DNA from: a virus
Lineage: Duplodnaviria; Caudoviricetes
Strand: one strand, 5' to 3'
IMG/VR virus record: IMGVR_UViG_3300003969_000010
Location: 1 to 37,288 of that record
DNA: 37,288 nucleotides
In this document: positions 19,566 through 28,123 of the stretch, piece after piece
Position numbering within the stretch: position 1 is the first letter of the stretch
How the letters are laid out: each line of letters begins with the position of its first letter
The notes under the pieces: model-generated
The model's input: the letters and a program-made list of their open reading frames with translations, nothing else
Databases searched by the model: none
Told to the model about the DNA's origin: nothing
Made by a program: the position numbers and the translations under genes

Positions 19566-20120
19566 TTAGGGGCCAAAGCGCACCAGGACGCGCCGTTTGT
19601 CTGGTAGGCCACGGGCTACGTTGGCGGCGGCGTCTTCCCGCATCACTTCGCCCCGGTATTTGTCGCGCAGGGTCAGCAGGTCTGGCAGGCTGATGCGTTG
19701 CAGCTTGCGCCCAGCAATCTCGTAGCTGGCAGCGGTGAGGTTGGCGCTGTTTTCCAGGTAAGCCTCGATGTTGGTGAGGGCTTTGCGGGCGTGGCTGCGG
19801 CCATCTACGGCGGTGCCAAAGCTGGGCTGCACGGTAATGCTGCCGGTGGCCACGGTGAACACTTGGCCCGAGAGGCTGACCTGCGCGCGCCATTCGTAAG
19901 CACCAGGCGCCCACCCGGCTGTGGTGGAGGCGGCTACGTTGACTAGGTAGTCGGTGCCACTGGTGGTGGCGGCAAAGTTGATGCGGTTGGCTGCTCTGAC
20001 CAGGGTGTAGCTGAGCACCCAGCCTTCAGTGGCGGGGTAGTCGGGCACGGTTTTGAGCCACCTGGCGGTGTCGCCAGCCAATAAGGTGATGGGCTCGGTG
20101 GTGGGGGTGATAGCAGCCAT
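19566..20120 (-). CDS. Head completion protein (gpW-like C-terminus with N-terminal extension)
   Basis: C-terminal YEIAGRKLQR..L.DL..LRDKY motif; directly upstream of the portal. Confidence 0.7.
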   Translation of the reverse strand: MAAITPTTEPITLLAGDTARWLKTVPDYPATEGWVLSYTLVRAANRINFAATTSGTDYLVNVAASTTAGWAPGAYEWRAQVSLSGQVFTVATGSITVQPSFGTAVDGRSHARKALTNIEAYLENSANLTAASYEIAGRKLQRISLPDLLTLRDKYRGEVMREDAAANVARGLPDKRRVLVRFGP

Positions 20121-20141
20121 GTGGCGTGACTATCAGGGCCG

Positions 20142-20177
20142 GGGTGTACGGTTTTTAAGACAAAAAAGCGGACGGTT
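20142..20177 (-). promoter_or_regulatory. 36-bp element copy 1, putative activator-dependent late promoter
   Basis: Minus strand AACCGTCCGCTTTTTTGTCTTAAAAACCGTACACCC, between the Mor-like gene stop and the head operon ATG (20120). Confidence 0.7.
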
Positions 20178-20180
20178 GCG

Positions 20181-20507
20181 CTAGGACTTGATGATTTCCC
20201 ACAGCCGGGTTTTGCTCAGGCCGTAGCGGCGCTCCAGGAGCGGGATGCGCTCGCCGTGCTGCCAGTAGTCGCGCTTGATAGCCAGGTTGCGCGAGCTGGT
20301 GCCGTCGCCCGCGCGGTGGGCAATATAGGGTCGATCCCCAGCCCAGGCTTGGCGCTTGGCGTGTTTGATTTTTTCCAGCTCGGCCTGGAACTGGGGAGCC
20401 ATGGCGATGACGGCGGCAAAGATGTCCTCAATGATGTCGTTCTCATGCACCTGAGCGGCGGGCTTGGCAGCGGCTGGGCGTGGCTTGCTGTCGGGTTTGG
20501 TCACCAT
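20181..20507 (-). CDS. Mor/C-family transcriptional activator-like protein
   Basis: G.RPYI...RN.AI.RD...G..I..L.RRYGLS..R.WEII C-terminal HTH pattern of the Mu Mor/C family. Confidence 0.7.
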   Translation of the reverse strand: MVTKPDSKPRPAAAKPAAQVHENDIIEDIFAAVIAMAPQFQAELEKIKHAKRQAWAGDRPYIAHRAGDGTSSRNLAIKRDYWQHGERIPLLERRYGLSKTRLWEIIKS

Positions 20508-22513
20508 GATGGCCTTGATGGAGTGCGAGGTTGAGAGGGGCGGGATAACGGGGGGCGCGGAGTGGTTTTTTGCGCCCGTGGAACTGCTTGCAATTGCTGC
20601 AAGGCCGGTGGCTCTGTGGGTGTTGCGGGTTCTTGTTTAGACTCTTTTGGATCCGGTGGTGCCACTTCGTCTGTCTGCTGCGCTGGCAGCTCGCTGGCAA
20701 ATAGATTGATTTGATTTGGGTTCAGGGCAGCCGCCAACTTCTCCCAATGCGGCTCAGTGAGTTTGTGCAGCCCAAGATAGTGCGCTGCCGATGTGTTGTA
20801 GACCATTAAGTCCAGGGCTTCGTTGCGGTCGGCCTGCTTTTTCTCCCAACGGCTTACTCGGTGGCCATGCTTCCAGAGGGTCACCCGGTATTCAGCGGTG
20901 ATCTGCTTGTAGAAATCCTCGGTGAGGTCACTACTAAAGTGGATTTGGCCAACGCCTGTTTTTACGCGCCAGCGGTTTGCAAGGTAGTCTTTGGCGGTGT
21001 CGGTCCCAACAAACCAAAGCTCTGCGCCATGCGGCTCTACCCGACCATTCCAGCGCACCTCTACTTTGCTAGGCTTGCTGCTAAGAATGGGGCGGCCTGG
21101 TCGGCTTGCGCCCTTGATGGCGTAGATGTGGCGGTGGCGCCGGATTCTGGTGTAGTTGTAAACCTCTTGTGTTGCATTTCCACCAGAGTCCACAAATGCA
21201 CAACGAATGGGCATTGTTTGGCCGTAGGCATGGGAGTAGCGGGCTTGTAGTTTTTCATCCAATTGCCGCCAGGTGGCAAGGTCAGCTGGGTCACCGCGGA
21301 TTATTTGGTAGTCAACAACCCACGCCTCCATTCCGCGCCCCCAAGCAATCACCAGCATCTCAAGCCGATCAGCCTGCGTATCAACGGCAGCAGTCAGGAC
21401 CAAGCCAGCGGCTGGGACAAAGCCAAGCTTGTAGGGCTCGGCTCGGGCCAGCAATTCATCGGCCTTGGTTTGCTCTTTTTGGCGCTCCCAGCTCTTGGCA
21501 AGTCGCGTGTTGTAAAAAGCAATCATGGCTTCCTCAGAGCCCTCATCCAGTTTGGCTTTGGCCTTTTTGTACTCACGCATCAGCGCAATCCACGGCAGCC
21601 AGCCGTACGGCAGAAACATGCCGCTGATAGTGAAGCTCTCCGTCTCGCCATCGCCACCCACCCCATCAGTCCACGCGCCACGGGCAAACATGCGCGGCTT
21701 GTCGCTCTCGGTGTGAATGCCGCCGCAATGCATGCAGGGGTAGAGGGCCGCCTGTCCATCCTCACTGGCAATCAAGCGCTCAAAATCCATCGTCTGAGCC
21801 TCACCACAGTGCAGGCAATCGGCCAAAGCTTGGCGCTGGGTGCCGCGCAAATACAAGCGCTCAACAATACTTTCGTCTTTGATGGTGGGAGAGCTGGGGA
21901 AGTAGCTTTTTCGGTTTCGCTCGAACGTAGTCTGCCGGGCCTCGGCCAACGCCACCGGGTCACCCTCCCCGTTCACATTCAGTTCGGCTCGGTCTACCTC
22001 ATCAAACAGAACGCGCCGAGCAGGCACCTCGGACAAGTTGGCAGCGGCACCGGCGGTCACAATGAAAAGGCTGCCGCCTGTGTACTCTTTGGTTTCTAGG
22101 GTGTTGACGCTATCGCGGCTGCGTGGAGCAGCAACGCGCTCGGCTACCTCTGGCACGGCTGCAATGTTTTTGGCAATACGGGTACTGGCACGCTTGGCGA
22201 GCTTGCCGGTGGGCAGGATCCACAGAAAATTAGCTGGGCTCTGGTGGATGCTGGACATGAGCCAGTTGAGCCCGGTCTGGGTCTTGAGCATCTGGCTGGC
22301 ACCCATCAGCACCACGCGCTTGCAAGGATGGTGATCGCTAAGTGCTTGCATCACCATGCGGGCGTGCGGGGTACGACTAGTGCGAAATTTGCCGTACTCA
22401 TTGGCCCCAGAGTCTTTGGGAATGACCTGGTACGTGTCTGACCATACATCAACGGGCAGGTCTGGATCAGGCTCCAAGCTGGCAGCCAGCGACTCGAGCG
22501 GGTGCAAACTCAC
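20501..22513 (-). CDS. terL: Terminase large subunit, GpA family
   Basis: RTPH, ASQMLKT (Walker A variant), VLFDE (Walker B), SSPT, CxxC pairs, nuclease AVDTQ/DSGG/NEALD. Confidence 0.95.
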   Translation of the reverse strand: MSLHPLESLAASLEPDPDLPVDVWSDTYQVIPKDSGANEYGKFRTSRTPHARMVMQALSDHHPCKRVVLMGASQMLKTQTGLNWLMSSIHQSPANFLWILPTGKLAKRASTRIAKNIAAVPEVAERVAAPRSRDSVNTLETKEYTGGSLFIVTAGAAANLSEVPARRVLFDEVDRAELNVNGEGDPVALAEARQTTFERNRKSYFPSSPTIKDESIVERLYLRGTQRQALADCLHCGEAQTMDFERLIASEDGQAALYPCMHCGGIHTESDKPRMFARGAWTDGVGGDGETESFTISGMFLPYGWLPWIALMREYKKAKAKLDEGSEEAMIAFYNTRLAKSWERQKEQTKADELLARAEPYKLGFVPAAGLVLTAAVDTQADRLEMLVIAWGRGMEAWVVDYQIIRGDPADLATWRQLDEKLQARYSHAYGQTMPIRCAFVDSGGNATQEVYNYTRIRRHRHIYAIKGASRPGRPILSSKPSKVEVRWNGRVEPHGAELWFVGTDTAKDYLANRWRVKTGVGQIHFSSDLTEDFYKQITAEYRVTLWKHGHRVSRWEKKQADRNEALDLMVYNTSAAHYLGLHKLTEPHWEKLAAALNPNQINLFASELPAQQTDEVAPPDPKESKQEPATPTEPPALQQLQAVPRAQKTTPRPPLSRPSQPRTPSRPSW

Positions 22514-23130
22514 TGCGCTACCTCGGCATCGATCTTGACACTATGCCGAAGCGCCTGCGCAAAACTGGAAAGAGCTGCACGATGCTCCCGGTCAATCACA
22601 GCCTCACACTCTTCTGCCGTGGTCAATCCCGAAACCTCCGCTCCTATACGGCGAGCGCAATTGGTCAGGTTGTCGCGCAGCATGCGGCCGGCGTTAAATA
22701 GATGCCGCTCAAACTCAGCCTTTACGATGTAAGTGCCACGCAGAGCCGCCTCTTCAATCTCGGCCAAATTGGCGGTTGCAATTTTTTCCCGGGTCCGGGC
22801 CGTATCAAAGTCCTCACCAAGCGCATAGCAATCCTGTTGCGCATGGTGCGCACGAATCATTGAAGTGAATTCATCGCCACCAACGCTCTGAAAATTTGCT
22901 TGCTCACGGCTTTCGACTTTGGGCTTTGGAGCGGGCTTGCGCTGGGCAATGTTGGTGTGAGCCTTGTGCCAGGCACGCGCAGCCTCCACAGAATGCATGG
23001 GCATACCTGCCGCTTTGTGCTTTGTCATGGTCGATGGAGCCAAGCCCAAAACCCGGCCAATGGCCGCCTGAGACAAAGCCTTACCCTCTATTCCTTCACC
23101 ATTCACATCCATAAATTCACCGTTCACCAT
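22510..23130 (-). CDS. terS: Terminase small subunit (Nu1-like)
   Basis: N-terminal HTH (SQAAIGRVLGL...GMP), ARTREKIA.A.LAE helix; stop overlaps the terL GTG. Exact start uncertain. Confidence 0.8.
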   Translation of the reverse strand: MVNGEFMDVNGEGIEGKALSQAAIGRVLGLAPSTMTKHKAAGMPMHSVEAARAWHKAHTNIAQRKPAPKPKVESREQANFQSVGGDEFTSMIRAHHAQQDCYALGEDFDTARTREKIATANLAEIEEAALRGTYIVKAEFERHLFNAGRMLRDNLTNCARRIGAEVSGLTTAEECEAVIDREHRAALSSFAQALRHSVKIDAEVAQ

Positions 23131-23243
23131 TCATAAAAGTTGGCAGCTAGCGCATTCACGCGCCTGAACGAACCCCCGGCCCGTTTGCCTCTGGAAGTAC
23201 CTTGACAGGGGGGTATGGCGGTGGTGTTCATGGCGTCCGACAT

Positions 23244-24017
23244 TCACTTGACCGCACCACGCGCAGCGAGGCGCACCAGACTTTCATTGATTGCCCGATC
23301 TATCTGTGCCCGCGCCATGGTCTGCACCTCTTGCACATTGGCGCGGCCCATCAAGCTCAAGCGCCGCTTGTAGCTGACTGAGTTCTTAAACAGGAAGATG
23401 GCTTTGCGGCTACCAGATGGCATGCGCTCATAGATACCAGCCGACACACGAAAGCGCGTTGCCTCCTGTGGGCTGACTGCAATGTATTGACGCCCGTGCT
23501 TGGCCTGCGCAGCCAGCCGCTTATCTGCGCTCTTGCTGATGGTTTGCTGATAGCCAGGCGAGTATTGAGCACCAAGCGCACGAATGACCGCGATCAATTG
23601 CCCGCGCGACACGTTGCCATTGCCATCCAGCTTGGCATGCTTGCCAGGCACCGTGAGATAGCCCGATGGCATAGCACCAGAATTGATCAACGCCTGCTCA
23701 AATTTCTTGAGCAAACGATTGCCGCCAAACTCCTGGGGCGCAAGGTAATCGGCTGGAGCCGTACCACTCATGCGGTCTTTGAGGAACACAGCAGCCTGTA
23801 GATTTGCTGCGTTAGCGCCAGTGAAGGCCACCGCCTTCGATGTACGCGCATTGGGGCGATCTATCGACTTATTCACATCCGCCTGCCAATCCCCGGAAAC
23901 CGCCTTTGCCGTGCGCGTGAGTCCCGCAGCAATGGCAGCACTCATGCGCCGCTCAGAGAAGTCTTTGAGACTTGCCTGAAGCTCCTTCAAGCCAGTGATG
24001 TCAACCTTGATCTGCAT
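23244..24017 (-). CDS. Phage protein (257 aa), basic; function uncertain
   Basis: Clean ORF upstream of terS; A.A.GLTRTAK...IDRP, YL.PQ..GG.R pattern recalled from lambdoid morphogenesis proteins. Confidence 0.6.
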   Translation of the reverse strand: MQIKVDITGLKELQASLKDFSERRMSAAIAAGLTRTAKAVSGDWQADVNKSIDRPNARTSKAVAFTGANAANLQAAVFLKDRMSGTAPADYLAPQEFGGNRLLKKFEQALINSGAMPSGYLTVPGKHAKLDGNGNVSRGQLIAVIRALGAQYSPGYQQTISKSADKRLAAQAKHGRQYIAVSPQEATRFRVSAGIYERMPSGSRKAIFLFKNSVSYKRRLSLMGRANVQEVQTMARAQIDRAINESLVRLAARGAVK

Positions 24018-24031
24018 AGCCCTGACTCAGC

Positions 24032-24307
24032 TCAGAAGAGTTGCACTGATGAGCCCAGCTTTGACACCGTGCTGCAGCTCGGCTTCACTGAGTCGGGTGC
24101 CGAGGCGTGCACGCTCAGCAAACCAAGAATCACGGATCGAGGCGGGCTCAGCTTGTAGCGGGCTATCGCCGCCAACATCGCCGCTGCACGTGCCTTGTCC
24201 GGCCTGGTGGAAGCCACCAATCGGGCGCAACATGGGGCGCATGCGAAGTTGTAGACGCCGCAAAGCGGGTTGGCTGATGTGGCCTGACATTGACGACATA
24301 GGCTCAT
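24032..24307 (-). CDS. Cys-rich hypothetical protein
   Basis: CxxC...CxxCC; ATG overlaps the stop of the replication gene. Confidence 0.55.
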   Translation of the reverse strand: MSLCRQCQATSANPLCGVYNFACAPCCARLVASTRPDKARAAAMLAAIARYKLSPPRSVILGLLSVHASAPDSVKPSCSTVSKLGSSVQLF

Positions 24308-25344
24308 GCTCCTGCTGTTTCATGCTGCGACTCAAGCGCCAGGCGCACCCGCTCGGTGTAGGCCGAAAACAACTCCTGCACCGGGCTACCGCACCACATG
24401 CCAAGCCCAAGCCGAACCCCCGTGGCCTCGATGCTGGGCCGATCGTGGTCCCACTGCACAGCCCCAGGAGCAGGCACGGAAGACAGCCCAGCCGCATCCG
24501 ACAACTGACCCGCCAAAACCCCGACGGCATAGGCAAACCCCTTGCCCTTGGCTACACTTTTTGCAGCAGCATCCCCAAAGGCAGCAGGGGAAACACCCTT
24601 GTCGATCAACGCCAACAACTCTGGATGACCAACCGCTACACCTGGCAAACCTGCCCTCGCCATCGCTTGCACCGCATGCTGAGCCGGAGACAGCTTTGGG
24701 CTTTCGGCTGTTGAGTTATCCACAGCACGCGCTTGCGATTTGGGTGCTGCACCCCCTCGACCTCGCGGCAGAGATAGGTGCGTGTTGTTTTGAGACGGAG
24801 ACGGAGACGGAGACGGAGACGGAGACGGAGACGGAGACGGAGACGGAGACGGAGACGGAGACGGAGACGGAGCATTGCTACTTTGATGCTGCTTGTCTGC
24901 TACTAGCATGCTAGTAGCATTGCTATTAGCATTGCTGTCAGCATTCCTACTAGCAGCAAACTCGGGAACAAGTCGATCAGCCTCAGCAGGGCCGTGATGG
25001 CGCTTAGCAGCATTCCAGCGAGCCTTAGCACTGCGCATATCAGCACCAGCGGCCCACGGGTTATGCTCATGCCAATCGTGCAAAACATAACGACCATCTA
25101 CCCTGTCCAAAAACCGAACCTCGGTCAAAGCTGCTACAAAAACACCCTCATCGCCCGCCCAATCCGAGGCCAGTTCGATATCTTCCTCAGACATTCCTCC
25201 CAGGTCGCCATCGCTGCGATTTGCGGCAGACCACAAGATCAGACATACCAGATTCCAGGCCGCAGCCTGCCCAAGGCGCTTAATCAGCTTCTTGGTCTTG
25301 GGGTGAGTCGGCAAACCAACCGCCAAGCGTGCGTCAACTGCCAT
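24304..25344 (-). CDS. Replication initiator, lambda O-like
   Basis: HPKTKKL, LHDW.EHNP N-terminal domain, internal iteron-like repeats, SP linker; position after the CII-like gene. Confidence 0.75.
   Translation of the reverse strand: MAVDARLAVGLPTHPKTKKLIKRLGQAAAWNLVCLILWSAANRSDGDLGGMSEEDIELASDWAGDEGVFVAALTEVRFLDRVDGRYVLHDWHEHNPWAAGADMRSAKARWNAAKRHHGPAEADRLVPEFAASRNADSNANSNATSMLVADKQHQSSNAPSPSPSPSPSPSPSPSPSPSPSPSPSQNNTHLSLPRGRGGAAPKSQARAVDNSTAESPKLSPAQHAVQAMARAGLPGVAVGHPELLALIDKGVSPAAFGDAAAKSVAKGKGFAYAVGVLAGQLSDAAGLSSVPAPGAVQWDHDRPSIEATGVRLGLGMWCGSPVQELFSAYTERVRLALESQHETAGA
24792..24872 (+). repeat. Perfect hexamer tandem repeat (GAGACG)x13.5, encoding (PS)13
   Basis: Counted directly: 81 nt with no mismatches. 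Confidence 0.97.
24871..24948. other. Putative replication origin (iterons and palindrome)
   Basis: AGCATTGCT at 24871, 24916, 24928 and AGCATTCCT at 24940 (12-bp period for the last three); perfect 22-bp palindrome at 24898-24919. Confidence 0.6.
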
Positions 25345-25401
25345 AAATCCTCCGACGCATAGCGCACAGAGCTACGATATCAAGGCAAGAAATGGCCGCC
25401 A

Positions 25402-25722
25402 TCATGCAAACATCCTTCCCTGCACCACTGGCACCGTGAACGGCTGCACAGAGGCTTTGGACAGCGTGCAGGCCCGCTTGGCACCATCGTGTCGCACCAG
25501 GCGGCCCACGGCCACCAGGTCGTGCACCACACGGCTAATCACATTCATATCCATACGCATGTCATAGCGGCGGGCCAGCAGGTCTTTCAGCTCCTGCATG
25601 CTCAAGTCCTTGGTGCCGCTGGTCACAGCCGTGCGCACCACACCCTCAATAAAGTCTGCCTGCGTACGGCGGCGGCGCTTCGATATCGTTGCAGCCTCTG
25701 GGGCCAAGGTTGCGTCCATCAT
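25402..25722 (-). CDS. Hypothetical protein, possible winged HTH
   Basis: DLSMQEL...ISRVVHDLV..GRL pattern; coupled to the CII-like gene. Confidence 0.6.
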   Translation of the reverse strand: MMDATLAPEAATISKRRRRTQADFIEGVVRTAVTSGTKDLSMQELKDLLARRYDMRMDMNVISRVVHDLVAVGRLVRHDGAKRACTLSKASVQPFTVPVVQGRMFA

Positions 25723-26096
25723 GCTGTGATCCCTGCCTGGCGCATCAGTGGCGCCAACTGAGCCAAGATAGGCCCCAGCTGCGCCATCGCCTGCGCCTGG
25801 GTGTTGGCCTTGTCCTGCAGAAACTTGTCGATCAGGTAGTGGATGGGCGTCACATCGCCCGTCTTGCTGATGTAAGACTCCAGGCTATCCACGCTGAAAT
25901 GGCGCGTAGCGTCCTCCGACAACTCAACGCTCAAATTACCCGGCGCCTTGTTTAAATCGATGGCCACACGGCCCAAACCACGCTGGTAGACACCACTAGC
26001 CACGCAATCGCGCAGACTCAAATGCCGCTCAGCCAAGCCCGGCTCAAACACCAGCGTGAGCTGGTTGTCAGGGGGCGTGATAACTCTTGATTTCAT
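25719..26096 (-). CDS. CII-like regulatory protein
   Basis: QLTL.FEPGL..., VAIDL...PGNLS..L, TGD.TPI.YL; position downstream of cro. Confidence 0.6.
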   Translation of the reverse strand: MKSRVITPPDNQLTLVFEPGLAERHLSLRDCVASGVYQRGLGRVAIDLNKAPGNLSVELSEDATRHFSVDSLESYISKTGDVTPIHYLIDKFLQDKANTQAQAMAQLGPILAQLAPLMRQAGITA

Positions 26097-26229
26097 CGTG
26101 TATCACTCCTTATCAGCCATGTACAAAAAAATAGAGACATGGAAAACACCACCACGAAAAATGCGAGCTCCCCCAAAGGCAGACAATGGGAGCTTCTCAC
26201 CACCACCAACGCCACCACAGGGGGAACTC

Positions 26230-26445
26230 ATGCAACTTTTGAATCCACGCATCACCATCCAGAACACCGACACAGCGGAATACCTGGTCACCGTGGAACA
26301 CAACTTCTCGGACACAGAGCGCATATCTCTCACAGTGCGCGTGGATCGGCAGGCGCAGACGCTTGCACAGATTCAGGGCGCGGCAGTAAAGAAGAGCTTG
26401 GAACTGCTGACCTTGCTCGATCACAGTCTCGACTCCCACAAATAA
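26230..26445 (+). CDS. Hypothetical protein (71 aa), oriented against the cro operon
   Basis: GGGGGAACTC RBS before ATG 26230; protein-like sequence MQLLNPRITIQ... Confidence 0.55.
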   Translation: MQLLNPRITIQNTDTAEYLVTVEHNFSDTERISLTVRVDRQAQTLAQIQGAAVKKSLELLTLLDHSLDSHK

Positions 26446-26540
26446 CCATCTGGCAGGCATCAGCGATCAAGGTCACGTCAACCAACTGGCAGGTGGCCGA
26501 GCAACTAACTTCAGACAATGAAGGAACTCGACTAGTCACT

Positions 26541-26756
26541 TCAAACCCCTCGGGCCGGTTCTGGCATGTAAATGTCATTGAACGTCAGCACATGACCCAG
26601 ACTAGCGGCGTAATCGATCAAGCGCCTGGCCACGTCGGGCGGCATGCCCTGCCCACGCTCGTAATGCCCCACGTTACCCTGCGTGCAGCCAACGCCCTTG
26701 GCCAGTTCAGTCTGGGTGACTCCCAGGCGGGTTCGGATTGCTTTGATGTTGCTCAT
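26541..26756 (-). CDS. cro: Cro-like HTH repressor (71 aa)
   Basis: IRTRLGVTQTELAKGVGCTQGNVGHYERG XRE-HTH; divergent from cI. Confidence 0.88.
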   Translation of the reverse strand: MSNIKAIRTRLGVTQTELAKGVGCTQGNVGHYERGQGMPPDVARRLIDYAASLGHVLTFNDIYMPEPARGV

Positions 26757-26762
26757 TACCTC

Positions 26763-26830
26763 ATTATGAGTGGCACTGATAATCAATGTCAACATTGGCG
26801 CTGTTATTTTTTTATAACAGTTGCGGTGAT
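26763..26830. promoter_or_regulatory. OR-like control region: three 15-bp operators and the cro promoter
   Basis: ATGAGTGGCACTGAT (26766), AACATTGGCGCTGTT (26791), AACAGTTGCGGTGAT (26816), spaced 25 bp; minus-strand TTGACA (26792-26787), 18 nt, CATAAT (26768-26763). Confidence 0.75.
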
Positions 26831-26839
26831 GATTTAGAT

Positions 26840-27244
26840 ATGGTCAACAAACCGAGAAAAGCCAAGGTCACACCGGAAACCATTGCGGAGTCGAAGAAAC
26901 TCAAAGAAATCTGGGACGCACAGGAAAAGCGGCCGTCTCAAACAATTTTTGGCGAAACCTATCAAATCGGCAGTCAATCAGCGGTAACGTCGTTTCTGAA
27001 TGGGAAAACGCCGCTGAGCCGAAAGGCGGCCAAAGGTTTCGCCGCTGGCCTTGGATGCAAAGTTTCCGACTTCAGCCAGCGCCTCGCTGCGCTTGAAACA
27101 ACATGGCCTTTTGAGCTTGTAGACCGGGAGCTGTACGACGCACTAAGCCCCGCGCTACAGCACCGCGCCCAGTTGCGCATGAACGACGAGATTAAGCTGA
27201 TTTTTGATGAGCAAGCCATCAGGGCAAACGGAACCAGCAATTGA
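26840..27244 (+). CDS. cI: CI-like repressor, no S24 peptidase domain (134 aa)
   Basis: Lambda-CI-like N-domain (LKEIW...SQ...SQSAVTSFLNG..PL......FA..LGCKVSDFS.RLA) with a short C-terminus. Confidence 0.82.
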   Translation: MVNKPRKAKVTPETIAESKKLKEIWDAQEKRPSQTIFGETYQIGSQSAVTSFLNGKTPLSRKAAKGFAAGLGCKVSDFSQRLAALETTWPFELVDRELYDALSPALQHRAQLRMNDEIKLIFDEQAIRANGTSN

Positions 27245-27328
27245 GGTTGCCCTTTAGACCTTACCTTGCCTGGAGCCGCCCTGTAAATCCCCCAAACGGG
27301 TGAAATTAGTACAACTATGGGAGACAAC

Positions 27329-28114
27329 ATGTGGATTTTTTTGCTGTTTATTGCTGCAATAGTGGCTTGGTTGTTGCTAAAAAAACAAGGCGCACCCATG
27401 CCTCAAGCAACCCCCAAGATCGCCACCAGTTATTCGGCACCACAACACGAAGCCCAAGACAAAGACGCTTGGGAGGGCGCGTTCTATGACGTTGTTACCC
27501 AGCACAGTATCAACAAAAGCGTTCGTCTGCGCTACATTGATACGCATGACAACGAGAGTGAGCGCGTCGTTGACATCCGGGCTTTCGAGCCGGACCGGCG
27601 CGATGGGTTAGTCATTGCGTATTGCCACCTAAGAAATGCCACGCGCACCTTTCGGTTTGACCGCATGAAACAGGTAATTGACATGGAGACCGGGGAGATC
27701 ATCCCCGACCTTCAAGCGCAACTCAATGCCGAATGGAAGGCTTCACCTGAGCCCATACTTGATCAGTTGTACCGCGAGCACCACGACGTGCTCAAGTTAA
27801 TGCTCTACATGGCCAAGGCGGATGGATCGGTGCGGTCTGCAGAAATTGGTGTGATTGCGCGCTATTGCCAAGACATTACAGGCGATGCCCGCATTACGGC
27901 TGAATTGATAAAGAATTTGCTCAAGACGGTGGATGTGGTAACGATGACCACATTTACACGGGTGTACAACAAGCTGCGAAGAGAGCGGCCTGACGATGCA
28001 ATTAGAGCGGCGGATGCTTGCCGGGCCATTGTTGCCACGCAAAAAACTATTCACCCCAACGAGCAAGGGGCGCTTGATATTCTGGACAAGCCACTACCAC
28101 GCACCCCAGCATAA
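27329..28114 (+). CDS. Membrane-anchored protein with WYL-like and TerB-like domains
   Basis: N-terminal TM (WIFLLFIAAIVAWLLL); LRYID...SERVV...AYCHLRNATRTFRFDRM (WYL-like); LYMAKADG.V.SAE (TerB-like); GGGAGA RBS. Confidence 0.75.
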   Translation: MWIFLLFIAAIVAWLLLKKQGAPMPQATPKIATSYSAPQHEAQDKDAWEGAFYDVVTQHSINKSVRLRYIDTHDNESERVVDIRAFEPDRRDGLVIAYCHLRNATRTFRFDRMKQVIDMETGEIIPDLQAQLNAEWKASPEPILDQLYREHHDVLKLMLYMAKADGSVRSAEIGVIARYCQDITGDARITAELIKNLLKTVDVVTMTTFTRVYNKLRRERPDDAIRAADACRAIVATQKTIHPNEQGALDILDKPLPRTPA

Positions 28115-28123
28115 GGAGCCACC

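Noticed and set aside
24306-24914. ORFs with poly-ET or poly-LR tracts
   Set aside because: Alternative-frame readings of the GAGACG microsatellite within the replication gene.
26103-26578. Minus-strand ORFs 26103-26333 and 26330-26578 between cro and the CII-like gene
   Set aside because: No convincing RBS or protein features, and they overlap a better-supported plus-strand ORF; not excluded but unsupported.
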